Shown: positions 55,988 to 64,000 of the stretch, piece after piece
How positions within the stretch are numbered: the first letter of the stretch is position 1
Layout: each line of letters opens with the position of its first letter
Source of the DNA: Hyphomonas sp.
GTDB taxonomy: Bacteria > Pseudomonadota > Alphaproteobacteria > Caulobacterales > Hyphomonadaceae
Direction: 5' to 3'
Assembly (NCBI RefSeq): GCF_022844445.1
Contig: NZ_JALHLS010000013.1
Coordinates: 17,926-81,925, forward strand
DNA: 64,000 bases
Made by a program: the position numbers and the translations under genes
Notes under the pieces: generated by a model
The model's input: the letters and a program-made list of their open reading frames with translations, nothing else
Told to the model about the DNA's origin: nothing
The model's database searches: none

Positions 55988-56698
55988 TTAATTCACAACC
56001 TGCGAGACCGCGCCGGATTCCTGCGCCGTCCGGGAGGCGGCCGTGGGTACACCCTCGCGGAACTTTTCCATGATGACTTCGCGGCGGCCTGCATCTCCAG
56101 CTTCCAGCGGCCGGTTGCCAAGAAGGTCAGCCGGATCCGCGATCATGGCGGCGAGGTTGGTGCGCACCGAGCAGCCGAGGGTCGGCAGGTTGTTGTTCGA
56201 GGTGACATCGGAAAAGTCGAGCGACGCCTTCGACAGGCATTCCGGAGCCACGGCCTCGTACGCCTGGTAGGCAAGGATCATCGGCTGCGAATAGGCCTCA
56301 CCCGCGCCATGCGCGCTGCCTTCGATCTCGTCATAGCGAATACCCTTTTCCCAGGCGATCGTGCGGGCCTCAGCCACTGCCGTGACGGCGAGTTGCGGAT
56401 TGGCGCTGGCAGCGGGAAGCGACAGGACCAGGGGGCCGTGACCGCGCTGGGCGTAGCTGCCGACAAAGTTCCGGATGCGGGCGCGGTCTGCGTCATTCAG
56501 TTCGCTGGCGGACGGGTCAATTGCGACTTCAAGAAACTCGGTATGTTTCGAGACACCTACCTCGTTGCGGCTAAGCGCCGTACCTTCGAGGTAGTCGGAA
56601 GTGATCGCCGTAGGCGCTTGGGTTGCACAGGCGCCAAGCGACATCAGGCTCGCGCCAAGAAGCAGGAGCGTGCGTTGTGGTTTCGAGGTAATGGCCAT
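55988..56698 (-). CDS. cpaD: Pilus assembly lipoprotein CpaD
   Basis: LGAC lipobox and LGCSVRTNLAAMIADPADL; position in the operon. Confidence 0.9.
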   Translation of the reverse strand: MAITSKPQRTLLLLGASLMSLGACATQAPTAITSDYLEGTALSRNEVGVSKHTEFLEVAIDPSASELNDADRARIRNFVGSYAQRGHGPLVLSLPAASANPQLAVTAVAEARTIAWEKGIRYDEIEGSAHGAGEAYSQPMILAYQAYEAVAPECLSKASLDFSDVTSNNNLPTLGCSVRTNLAAMIADPADLLGNRPLEAGDAGRREVIMEKFREGVPTAASRTAQESGAVSQVVN

Positions 56699-56709
56699 GG
56701 ATCTGTCCC

Positions 56710-58218
56710 CTACTCTTCAAGAAAGCCCACGGGGGCTTTGTATTCGTCTGCTTTGACCGGCGCGCCATCGCGCCCGTATGTTTCATTCAGCTTGCCAAAG
56801 AAGATGGTCTTGGCGTCCGATGCATTGGCAAAGCCGTCCGCCGGTGTACGCAACTCGGTCTTGCCGGCGGAGTTGACGAGGTAAGGCGTCACGATGATCA
56901 CCAGTTCGCTTTCTTCGGAGATGAAGTCGCGCGACTGGAACAGCGCACCAAGGATGGGAAGCTTCTTGAGGCCCGGAACCTGGTCGAGGTTCTGGCGATC
57001 TTTCGAGCTGATCAGGCCTGCCATCATCATCGACCCGCCGGACGGCAGCTCGATCGTGGATTCGGCGCGGCGCACCGTGAGGCCGGGCAGCGTGACGCCC
57101 TCGACATTGATAACGTTGCCGTCTTCATCGACAATAGTCTGACGCTGCCCCTGGAAGGCGCCCTGCGAGGTCAGCTCTGACACTTCGGTCGACACTTTCA
57201 ACGAGATGCGGCCTTCCGACAGCACGATCGGCGTGAAGCCAAGACCGACACCGTAAGGCTTGAACTCGACCGTGATGCGGCCCTGGTTGTCCTGGCCAAC
57301 AGGGACAGGGAATTCACCGCCCGCGAGGAATTTCGCGCTCTCGCCGGACATGGCCACCATGTTGGGCTCGGCCAGCGTCTTGACGACCCCGATCCGCTCC
57401 AGGGCGTTGATGGCGGCGCCGGCACGCGATTGCAGGGTGCTGCCGTTATAGTTGGTATATTCGACTTCCGCACCGATGCCGCCCAGCGAACGCCCCTGAA
57501 TCGGGAAGCCGAGAGCGCTCGTGATCTCGCCAGCAGTCGAGAATGGCGGGCTGAGCAGCGCCGATTCGAAATTGCCCCAGCTGGGCATGCCGGACATGTT
57601 GATGCCAAGCTGCTTCACCATGTTGCGCTGCATTTCGACGATGCGCACTTCCAGCAGCACCTGATCGGGCGCGAGGATGTTCAGCATGTTGACAATCTTC
57701 GGGCCATCATCAGCGCCGGCGGCCGGAAAATAGGCAGCCACAAGCTGGCGAACACTTTCGGACTGGGAGAGGCTGTCGACCGAACCCGTCATCACGATGC
57801 TGCCGTTGAGGCTTTCCAGCTTCACGCGCGCTTCCGGAACGTGCCGGCGGATCGTGTCCTCCAGCGACGCCATATCGGTTTCGACAAGCAGCGAAAGGTC
57901 AAGCAGCGTGCGCCCTTCGCGGTCGAAGATCAGCGCGCTGGTCTGGCCGTATTTCACGCCGCGAAAGATGATCCGCTGCGACGTCTGGACGACCGCGTCA
58001 GCGATTTCCGGATTGGCGATGACGACATCGGAGGCCGGCGCTTCCAGTTCGATGATCACCGACTTGTTGACGCCGACCGTGACACTGCGCGAGTTCGTGC
58101 TGTCGCCGGCGGATGTTATCACCGTTCCGGCACCGTTTGGCACCGTCTGGGCTGGCAGCGTCTGCGCCGGCCCGAAGTTCAGGATCGCAGTAAGGGCGAG
58201 AACTTTCAGGATACGCAT
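56710..58218 (-). CDS. cpaC: Secretin CpaC/RcpA
   Basis: IANPEIADAV, QVLLEVRIVE, LAEPN, FLAGGEFP, FKPYGVGL and ESELVIIVTPYLV. Confidence 0.95.
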   Translation of the reverse strand: MRILKVLALTAILNFGPAQTLPAQTVPNGAGTVITSAGDSTNSRSVTVGVNKSVIIELEAPASDVVIANPEIADAVVQTSQRIIFRGVKYGQTSALIFDREGRTLLDLSLLVETDMASLEDTIRRHVPEARVKLESLNGSIVMTGSVDSLSQSESVRQLVAAYFPAAGADDGPKIVNMLNILAPDQVLLEVRIVEMQRNMVKQLGINMSGMPSWGNFESALLSPPFSTAGEITSALGFPIQGRSLGGIGAEVEYTNYNGSTLQSRAGAAINALERIGVVKTLAEPNMVAMSGESAKFLAGGEFPVPVGQDNQGRITVEFKPYGVGLGFTPIVLSEGRISLKVSTEVSELTSQGAFQGQRQTIVDEDGNVINVEGVTLPGLTVRRAESTIELPSGGSMMMAGLISSKDRQNLDQVPGLKKLPILGALFQSRDFISEESELVIIVTPYLVNSAGKTELRTPADGFANASDAKTIFFGKLNETYGRDGAPVKADEYKAPVGFLEE

Positions 58219-58220
58219 GC

Positions 58221-59069
58221 TCAGTTGCCCCCCACACCGGCATTGGATGCCTTGCCGTTACGGATAATCTTGAGGCCTGCGCCCGATTCTTCGTTTGCGC
58301 CCTGCAGCAGTTCTGTACGCGGATTGCGATCCGTGCCACTCACCGATGTCTCCAGCGGGCGCAGCGCCAGGCTGACTTCCCCCACGCTCATGGACAGGGC
58401 GACAAGCTCCGCTTCGGCCGGAGTTACTTCAATCGTCGCCGTGCTGCCGAGGCGCGCGGTCTCGCCCTCTTCGTTGGTAGCAAAGTTCTGGTCGATTGCC
58501 AGGACACGGACATTCGAGATGATGGTCGTTGCGATAGTGCGTTCACGAATACCGAAGTCAGGCTCGGCCTGCTGTTCATAGGTAAGGATGAGATCGACGC
58601 GGTCGTTCGGAAGGATGAAGCCACCCGAAGCCGATTCGGCAGAGATCTCGATCGAGACAGCGCGCATGTCCGGGCTCATCATGGTGGCCAGCAAGCCCTG
58701 CTCACCCTTGATGACGACCTTCTGAGGCAGAACCGGCTCACCCTTGTAGAGGGCTGCTTTCACAATGGCGCCGGTCAGGGTCTCGATTGAAGCAGGCGCC
58801 GTCGTCTGGACGTAGTAACCCTCGACGACGTTGGCCTGCGGCCAGGGAGACCATGCAAGATCAGCCGCCGCGATGGTCTCGCCGACCGCGAAATCGCGGG
58901 TGACCGTGAGCACTTCCACTTCCGACACTTCCCGCTCTTCGATGAGCGTCCTGTCCCTGGTAACAGTTTCCGTCAGGATTTGCGGCTTGCTCATCTGGAG
59001 CACGAGGAAGGCTGCGCCTCCTGCGGCGGCCAACGCCAGAAGTAGGATGATGATACGCATCGGCGACAT
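58221..59069 (-). CDS. cpaB: Pilus assembly protein CpaB/RcpC
   Basis: SAF-like domain, MRAVSI, GGFILPNDRVD and NVRVLAIDQ. Confidence 0.93.
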   Translation of the reverse strand: MSPMRIIILLLALAAAGGAAFLVLQMSKPQILTETVTRDRTLIEEREVSEVEVLTVTRDFAVGETIAAADLAWSPWPQANVVEGYYVQTTAPASIETLTGAIVKAALYKGEPVLPQKVVIKGEQGLLATMMSPDMRAVSIEISAESASGGFILPNDRVDLILTYEQQAEPDFGIRERTIATTIISNVRVLAIDQNFATNEEGETARLGSTATIEVTPAEAELVALSMSVGEVSLALRPLETSVSGTDRNPRTELLQGANEESGAGLKIIRNGKASNAGVGGN

Positions 59070-59155
59070 CAGGCGCCACTCCTTCTACTCGAAGTCATCA
59101 GGCCCTGCAGGACGCAGTAAGCCTTCTCATTCAAAGGGAAATTCGCACGCAGCGC

Positions 59156-59170
59156 CTAAAGGAACGTTAA
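59156..59170. promoter_or_regulatory. CtrA-like box upstream of cpaB
   Basis: CTAA-aggaacg-TTAA(C); the TTAA overlaps the cpaA stop codon. Confidence 0.5.
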
Positions 59171-59682
59171 CCGCCAAGGCCGAGAGATTCATAAAATGCG
59201 GCGAGCACCGGCGAGGCTGGCCCCGCCAGCAGCGCGCCGGCGGCAATCGCTACGCCATAGGGGACCCCGCCCTTCTCTCCGAACGGGGCGCGCATGAAAC
59301 CGGGAATCGCGGCGACCGGAATGCTCCGCTTACCCACCAAAAGAATCATGGCGCAGACACCGCCGACCACAGCCATCGCGATAACGAAGGAAAGCGCGGC
59401 GCCGGGGCCCATCCAGAGCATCACGGCGGGAATCATCTTGGCATCCCCTCCCCCGAACACGCGGAAGGCGAACAGTCCGATCGCGATCACGAAGGCAAGC
59501 GCGCCGGCAAGCAGGTGGCCGCCGAGCATCTCCAGCGGCAGGCCCGACACCAGCGCGGCAGGCAAGAACAGCCCTGCAATCGTGAGGTTCAGCCAGTTGG
59601 GGATCGTCAGCCGGTTGACGTCATGCAGCGCGGCAAAAATGCAGAGAGCCAGGAACAGGCCCGAGAGAAGGAAGAGAATCAT
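59167..59682 (-). CDS. cpaA: Prepilin peptidase CpaA (A24)
   Basis: HDVNRLTIPN, FGGGDAK and GVPYGVAI. Confidence 0.93.
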   Translation of the reverse strand: MILFLLSGLFLALCIFAALHDVNRLTIPNWLNLTIAGLFLPAALVSGLPLEMLGGHLLAGALAFVIAIGLFAFRVFGGGDAKMIPAVMLWMGPGAALSFVIAMAVVGGVCAMILLVGKRSIPVAAIPGFMRAPFGEKGGVPYGVAIAAGALLAGPASPVLAAFYESLGLGG

Positions 59683-59773
59683 GACGGCAGCTCCGGGTCA
59701 GACTATTGCGGAAAGCTGCCTCAAAAGCCTGAACGAAGCCTTTCCCGGCGCGCTCACACCGGTTCCGGAATCG

Positions 59774-59802
59774 AAAGAGCCGCCGGGAAATCCCGGCGGC
59801 TC
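59774..59802 (-). terminator. Stem-loop downstream of the pilin gene
   Basis: Near-perfect 12-bp stem gagccgccggga/tcccggcggctc followed by ttt on the minus strand. Confidence 0.65.
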
Positions 59803-59829
59803 CATCGTCAGTAGACTGACTTGGGCCTA

Positions 59830-59985
59830 TTAGGCCATTTCAGCAGCAACCGCGTTGAACGTGGTACCGGCGTTGTTGCCGAGAGCGGTGACACCGCCGA
59901 TGATGGCAACAGCGATAAGAGCGGCGATCAGGCCGTACTCAATTGCGGTTGCGCCCGACTCGTCTTTCAGAAAACGTGCAAACAT
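59830..59985 (-). CDS. pilA: Flp type IVb/c pilin (not in the ORF track)
   Basis: Translated by hand: MFARFLKDESG|ATAIEYGLIAALIAVAIIGGVTALGNNAGTTFNAVAAEMA*. Flp motif G|ATAIEY and a GGGAG RBS. Confidence 0.96.
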   Translation of the reverse strand: MFARFLKDESGATAIEYGLIAALIAVAIIGGVTALGNNAGTTFNAVAAEMA

Positions 59986-60118
59986 TGGAAACTCCCATCA
60001 TGCGTTTTGACATGTCCCGGCTTGAACTTTTCTTCCGGAACAGGGACACTTCTACACTCGCACAGTTCAGATATAATTGAAGAAATCAGAAAAGTCGTGA
60101 AGTCAAATCAGGGTTTCG

Positions 60119-60144
60119 TTTACCGCGGCTGAAGCAAGCGTGAA
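60119..60144. promoter_or_regulatory. Array of degenerate CtrA-like half-sites upstream of pilA
   Basis: TTTA (60119), TGAA (60130), TGAA (60141) at 11-bp spacing. Confidence 0.35.
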
Positions 60145-60277
60145 GAGCTGGAGATCACCGCCTCGGGCTGATCCTGCAAATCTGCGGCAGCCTATATATA
60201 GAGTGAAGATATTCGGCGCCGATGCCGCCCGTGGCCTTACGCCCTCCCTATGCGGAACACCGCGCGAAGCTTGTCGG

Positions 60278-60292
60278 TTAGGAATCAGTAAA
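60278..60292. promoter_or_regulatory. CtrA-like box upstream of the divergent pilus gene
   Basis: TTAG-gaatcag-TAAA(C); the spacer contains a GANTC site. Confidence 0.45.
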
Positions 60293-60338
60293 CCTAAATC
60301 TGGAATATTACGATATCCCTGCCCTGCCGGAGTTCCGC

Positions 60339-60788
60339 ATGAAGACGATCTGCCTGAAAGCTGCTGCGCTTGGCGCTGCCGTGCTCTCCCTCGCCTGCGC
60401 GGCTATGGCCGAACCGCTGTTTGTCGAAACCGGCAAGGCAAAGCCGGTCCGGATCAACGGCATCGCCTCCAGCATTGTGATCGGCAACAATAACGTGGCC
60501 GATGTCACCGCTCACAATGAGCAATTGCTGTTTGTGACCGGCAAGAGCTATGGCACCACCAACCTCCTCGTCTTCGACAAGGCCGGCCGCGAGATCTACA
60601 ATGCCGATGTCATGGTGACGACCAGCTCCAGCAATCTGGTAACCATCAACCGGGCCGGTCAGAGCTACACCTATGATTGCTCGCCCAACTGCAAGGCCGT
60701 GCTCAGCGCCGGTGACGAACCGGGCCACTTCGCCGCCCTGATCGACCAGCAACTGCAATCCCAGGCGCTCACCGGCGGCGGCGAGTAG
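60339..60788 (+). CDS. Pilus assembly protein with secretin N-terminal (T2SS-T3SS_pil_N)-like domain, CpaI-like
   Basis: Signal peptide, SIVIGNNNVADV, GKSYGTTNLLVFD and YDCSPNC. Confidence 0.8.
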   Translation: MKTICLKAAALGAAVLSLACAAMAEPLFVETGKAKPVRINGIASSIVIGNNNVADVTAHNEQLLFVTGKSYGTTNLLVFDKAGREIYNADVMVTTSSSNLVTINRAGQSYTYDCSPNCKAVLSAGDEPGHFAALIDQQLQSQALTGGGE

Positions 60789-60903
60789 TTCCTGCCCTGG
60801 GCCAGGATGGCGCCAGATTGATCAAATTTGAAGGTTTGGCTCAACCTCCGGCAAACCGGCACGTGTTAAGTCCAAGGCTCTGACTCATCTGGGGATCGGA
60901 TCA

Positions 60904-61464
60904 ATGGCCAGCGCTCAGCCTTACAGTCTCGTTGCGCGCCTTCAGTCGCGCTGGCAGAAGTATGCCGAAAACCGGCGCGGCTCGGCGGCCGTCGAGTTCG
61001 CCCTGATCGCGGCCCCGTTCTTCTTCCTCATCTTCGGCCTCCTCGAAGTCTGCCTGATATTCATCATGTCGACCGTGATGGAACATGCTGTCGGCGAAGC
61101 CGCGCGGCCCTTGCGTACCGGCGAGGCCCAGCAGGCCGGCATGACCGACATCCAGTTCCGCCAGTCGCTTTGCGGCGAGGTTTTCGGCATCCTGGAATGT
61201 GATGCCCGCCTGTCGATCGACGTGCGCACTGTGACGAACTTTGGTGCCACTCCAATCGGCGCACCGATCGACGAGGACGGCGAGCTTGATGACCAAGACT
61301 TCCGCTTCGAGCCTGGCGGCCCGAGCGAAATCATCGCGGTACGCGCCTTCTACGAGTGGGATCTGATCACACCGGTCATGTCCAAGCCTCTGGCCAACAT
61401 GTCCGGTGACCGTCACCTGCTGCAGGCCAGCGCCGTTTTCCGCAACGAACCGTTCGGGAGCTGA
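60904..61464 (+). CDS. tadE: TadE-like pseudopilin
   Basis: RRG|SAAVEFALIAAPF and C-terminal AVFRNEPF. Confidence 0.9.
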   Translation: MASAQPYSLVARLQSRWQKYAENRRGSAAVEFALIAAPFFFLIFGLLEVCLIFIMSTVMEHAVGEAARPLRTGEAQQAGMTDIQFRQSLCGEVFGILECDARLSIDVRTVTNFGATPIGAPIDEDGELDDQDFRFEPGGPSEIIAVRAFYEWDLITPVMSKPLANMSGDRHLLQASAVFRNEPFGS

Positions 61465-61468
61465 TAAG

Positions 61469-62077
61469 ATGACCCTCTCCGGCCTTCTTTCACCCCTCAC
61501 CCGTCGCACGCGCTGGCGCGGAATCCAGGGGATCTGCTACAATGAGAAGGGCATCTCCGCCGTCGAGTTCGCCCTGATCGCGCCGCTGATGGTGCTGATT
61601 TACTTCGGCTGTATCGAACTCAGCCTTCTGATGCGTGCCGATCGCCGCGTCACCACCACTGCCTCCAGCCTCGGTGACCTCACCGCCCGCCTCATCACCG
61701 TCAGCGACGCCGACATGAACGAACTGTTCGATGCTGCGTCGGTTACGATGCAGCCCTACTCGGCCCTGAGTACCCGTATGCGAATCACTTCGGTGGTCGA
61801 CAACGGCGATGGACAGACCCGTGTCGACTGGTCGGACGGATACCTGATGACGCCCTATTCTCCGAACGCACTGATCTCGGTTCCAGCCGGCCTTGTACAA
61901 AGTCCGGGCTCGGTCATCGTTGCCGAAGTGGAATTTGAATACGACAGCACTGTTGGCGTCGTCTTCGACGCCTCGCAGACGTTGACCGACGTGTTCTACC
62001 TGCGTCCCCGCCGCGTTACCCAGATCGCCCGCGTCCGCGACACCGATCCGGGCACCGGGTTCAGCCCCAGCAGCTAA
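61469..62077 (+). CDS. TadE/TadF-like pseudopilin
   Basis: EKG|ISAVEFALIAPLM and C-terminal FYLRPR. Confidence 0.88.
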   Translation: MTLSGLLSPLTRRTRWRGIQGICYNEKGISAVEFALIAPLMVLIYFGCIELSLLMRADRRVTTTASSLGDLTARLITVSDADMNELFDAASVTMQPYSALSTRMRITSVVDNGDGQTRVDWSDGYLMTPYSPNALISVPAGLVQSPGSVIVAEVEFEYDSTVGVVFDASQTLTDVFYLRPRRVTQIARVRDTDPGTGFSPSS

Positions 62078-63567
62078 GGCGCGTGGCTCTCGGTCGCCGC
62101 TGGCTCGCGCTTGACGGTCAGAAGGACGGCGAGACCCGCAAAGAACAGAAGCGCAATGGCTGACATGCCAATGCGCTGGTCGCCGGACCAGCGGGTGAAA
62201 TACTCTATCATCATCGGCCCGATCCAGACGGTGACTGTGCCTGCAATTGCAAACAGTCCGAAGAATTCCCCGCGCATGTTGAGCGGCGCGACATGGAGCA
62301 GCATGGACCGGCTGGACGAGATGTTGGCAGTGGCGAACACTGCAATCAGCGCGCCCTGCGCCAAGTAAATCAGGTCGGACGATCCCGAGAAGAACGGCCA
62401 GTCGTTCAGTTTGACGTTCGGCACGAGGCCGAAGAAGGCCGAGTCGCGGGTGATTGACAGGCCGAGGAACAGGATCAGCACGATCGCGGCCAGCTCCAGG
62501 ATCAGCGCATTTTTCGGGCCGAGGCGCTGGTCCAGCCATCCGCCGAAGATGCCACCCACCACCGCCCAGGCCGAAGCCCAGATGGCGTAGATCGTCAACT
62601 CGATGAGTCCCCAGCCTAGAAACAGGCTGACATACACCGCGCCCATCGTGAGCAGCGCAAACATGCCATCCGCGTAGATCGTCCGGGCAATGAGGAACTT
62701 GAATGCTTCGCGGTGATGCGCCGCGCGGCGGATCGTGCGGACGACGCCTTTCGCGCCTTCGGTGATCGCCGTGATGGGCGAGGTACCCTTCACACCGGTG
62801 TCACGGGCATTGAAGAAGAAGTACCACATGGACGCCAGAAGCCAGACGCCGCAGATCGGGCCGGCGATGCGGAACTGTTCGTACTTGGATGTGTCGATGC
62901 CGAAGAAAGGCTCCTTCGCGGGCCAGCCAATTGCGTCCGGCAGGGCAAAGAAGAACACGATACCGACGAACATGACGGTCGCCGCGGCGTTGCCGAGCGC
63001 GAGGCCGAGGCCCGACACCGCTGGCAAAGCGGGGGGAGCGGCTGCGTCGGGCAGCATCGAATTGTGCGCCACCTCGCTGTAGCTGTAGCAGACATAGGCG
63101 CAGATCAGCAGCGCCATGACCGCGCCGGTCGACAGGCCCGCGGGTCCGGGGATCGCCCACCAGAGCGAGAAGCTGACGAGCGAGATCAGAGAGAGACAGA
63201 TCAGCAGCAGCGGCTTGCGGCGCAAGCCCCGGTCAAAGGCGGCGCCCAGGAACGGCGCGGTCAGCGCGGCGATGTAACCCGCAGTCTTCGACAGGTTTGC
63301 AACCATCGCCTGGCCTTCGGCGCCCGCCGCGCGGCGGGCCTCTTCGGGGCTCAGCCCCTCAAGCCGGCCGCTGGCCAGAATGTCGGCACCCACGATGTCA
63401 CGCGCGAAATACGGCGCGAACACATAGATGACGATCAGGATGTAATAGGGATTCCGCGCTGCCTCGAACCATGCCCAGGCAAATCCGGTCTTGCCGAGGA
63501 CCCCGCCTTCGCCGGGCGCTATGCCCCGCGCAGAACCAGCCGGCGTGTCGAGCACTACTTGCGCCAT
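62074..63567 (-). CDS. MFS transporter, UMF1/Atg22-like
   Basis: WAWFE, YNSML-like HNSMLP, SGLGLALG, FLIARTIYADG, SSRSML and GEFFGLFA; about 12 TM segments. Confidence 0.85.
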   Translation of the reverse strand: MAQVVLDTPAGSARGIAPGEGGVLGKTGFAWAWFEAARNPYYILIVIYVFAPYFARDIVGADILASGRLEGLSPEEARRAAGAEGQAMVANLSKTAGYIAALTAPFLGAAFDRGLRRKPLLLICLSLISLVSFSLWWAIPGPAGLSTGAVMALLICAYVCYSYSEVAHNSMLPDAAAPPALPAVSGLGLALGNAAATVMFVGIVFFFALPDAIGWPAKEPFFGIDTSKYEQFRIAGPICGVWLLASMWYFFFNARDTGVKGTSPITAITEGAKGVVRTIRRAAHHREAFKFLIARTIYADGMFALLTMGAVYVSLFLGWGLIELTIYAIWASAWAVVGGIFGGWLDQRLGPKNALILELAAIVLILFLGLSITRDSAFFGLVPNVKLNDWPFFSGSSDLIYLAQGALIAVFATANISSSRSMLLHVAPLNMRGEFFGLFAIAGTVTVWIGPMMIEYFTRWSGDQRIGMSAIALLFFAGLAVLLTVKREPAATESHAP

Positions 63568-63661
63568 TCGAAATCCTCCCGGCGCAAGTAACCTGCGCTC
63601 TCCGCGGCGGAGACTATCCCTTCGCCGTGAAAGAGGAAGCAGTTTTGGCGGTGACCCGGCG

Positions 63662-64000
63662 TCAGCCTTTGAGCCTGGCCGGAAGTTCTCCGGCATACCG
63701 GGTGATGTCCCCTGCCCCGAGGCAGACAACCATCGCGCCGGGACCGGCAAGTACGCGAACCCTGTCCGGCAGACTGGCGAGGCCCGGCAGCGCCTCTGCG
63801 CTCTTGTGCCCGTGCCTGCGGATCGAATTGACCAGCGCCTCGCTCGTCACTCCGGCGATCGGCGTCTCGCCCGCCTCATAGACCGGCGCGACAAGTACGT
63901 GGTCCGCCGCATCGAAGCAGGTGGAGAATTCCTCGAACAGGTCGTGCAGGCGTGAATACCGGTGCGGCTGGCAGACGGCGATCAGCGTTTGCGTGCCCTG
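63662..64000 (-). CDS. murC: UDP-N-acetylmuramate--L-alanine ligase, C-terminal end (5' part outside the window)
   Basis: Frame read by hand from 64000: LIAVCQPHRYSRLHDLFEEF...VYEAGETPI...LGAGDIT. Confidence 0.92.
   Translation of the reverse strand, partial: QGTQTLIAVCQPHRYSRLHDLFEEFSTCFDAADHVLVAPVYEAGETPIAGVTSEALVNSIRRHGHKSAEALPGLASLPDRVRVLAGPGAMVVCLGAGDITRYAGELPARLKG

Noticed and set aside
1-64000. CRISPR array, rRNA/tRNA, IS, integrase or prophage genes
   Set aside because: No regularly spaced repeats, RNA gene signatures or mobile-element protein motifs found by eye; a tRNAscan/CRISPR finder run would be definitive.

Overview
A GC-rich, gene-dense chromosomal window from an alphaproteobacterium. 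Gene content and order suggest Caulobacterales/Hyphomonadaceae, most like Hyphomonas; this is an inference, not a database result. From left to right: (1) an MscS 3' end and a lipid/redox-catabolism block (oxidoreductases, esterase, TetR, flavin monooxygenase, two PaaI thioesterases) containing an orphan SLATT/DUF4231-like membrane gene and a two-gene arsR-arsI operon; (2) a serine hydrolase facing a small stand-alone Cys-motif protein, putA, a diguanylate cyclase, a GT4 glycosyltransferase and a Pho-boxed pstS; (3) a fold-III basic amino acid decarboxylase with a structured leader, murI, a small phasin-like gene behind a PhaR box and sigma54-like promoter, an orphan AceE-like E1, a 7TM-DISM diguanylate cyclase and aguA-aguB; (4) a Pho-boxed TonB-dependent receptor, a GT39 glycosyltransferase, msrA and the alpha-2-macroglobulin/pbpC pair; (5) a Tad/Cpa pilus locus, including a 51-aa Flp pilin missing from the ORF track and several CtrA-like boxes; (6) an MFS permease directly behind the 3' end of murC. 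I saw no rRNA, tRNA, CRISPR array, transposase, integrase or prophage gene. The best leads are a possible arginine-specific ODC paralogue feeding AguA/AguB, the phosphate-starvation TonB receptor, the orphan SLATT effector, the PhaR/sigma54-controlled small protein and a structured 350-nt region upstream of the 7TM-DISM cyclase. All family assignments come from motif recognition by eye; no searches or folding programs were run.
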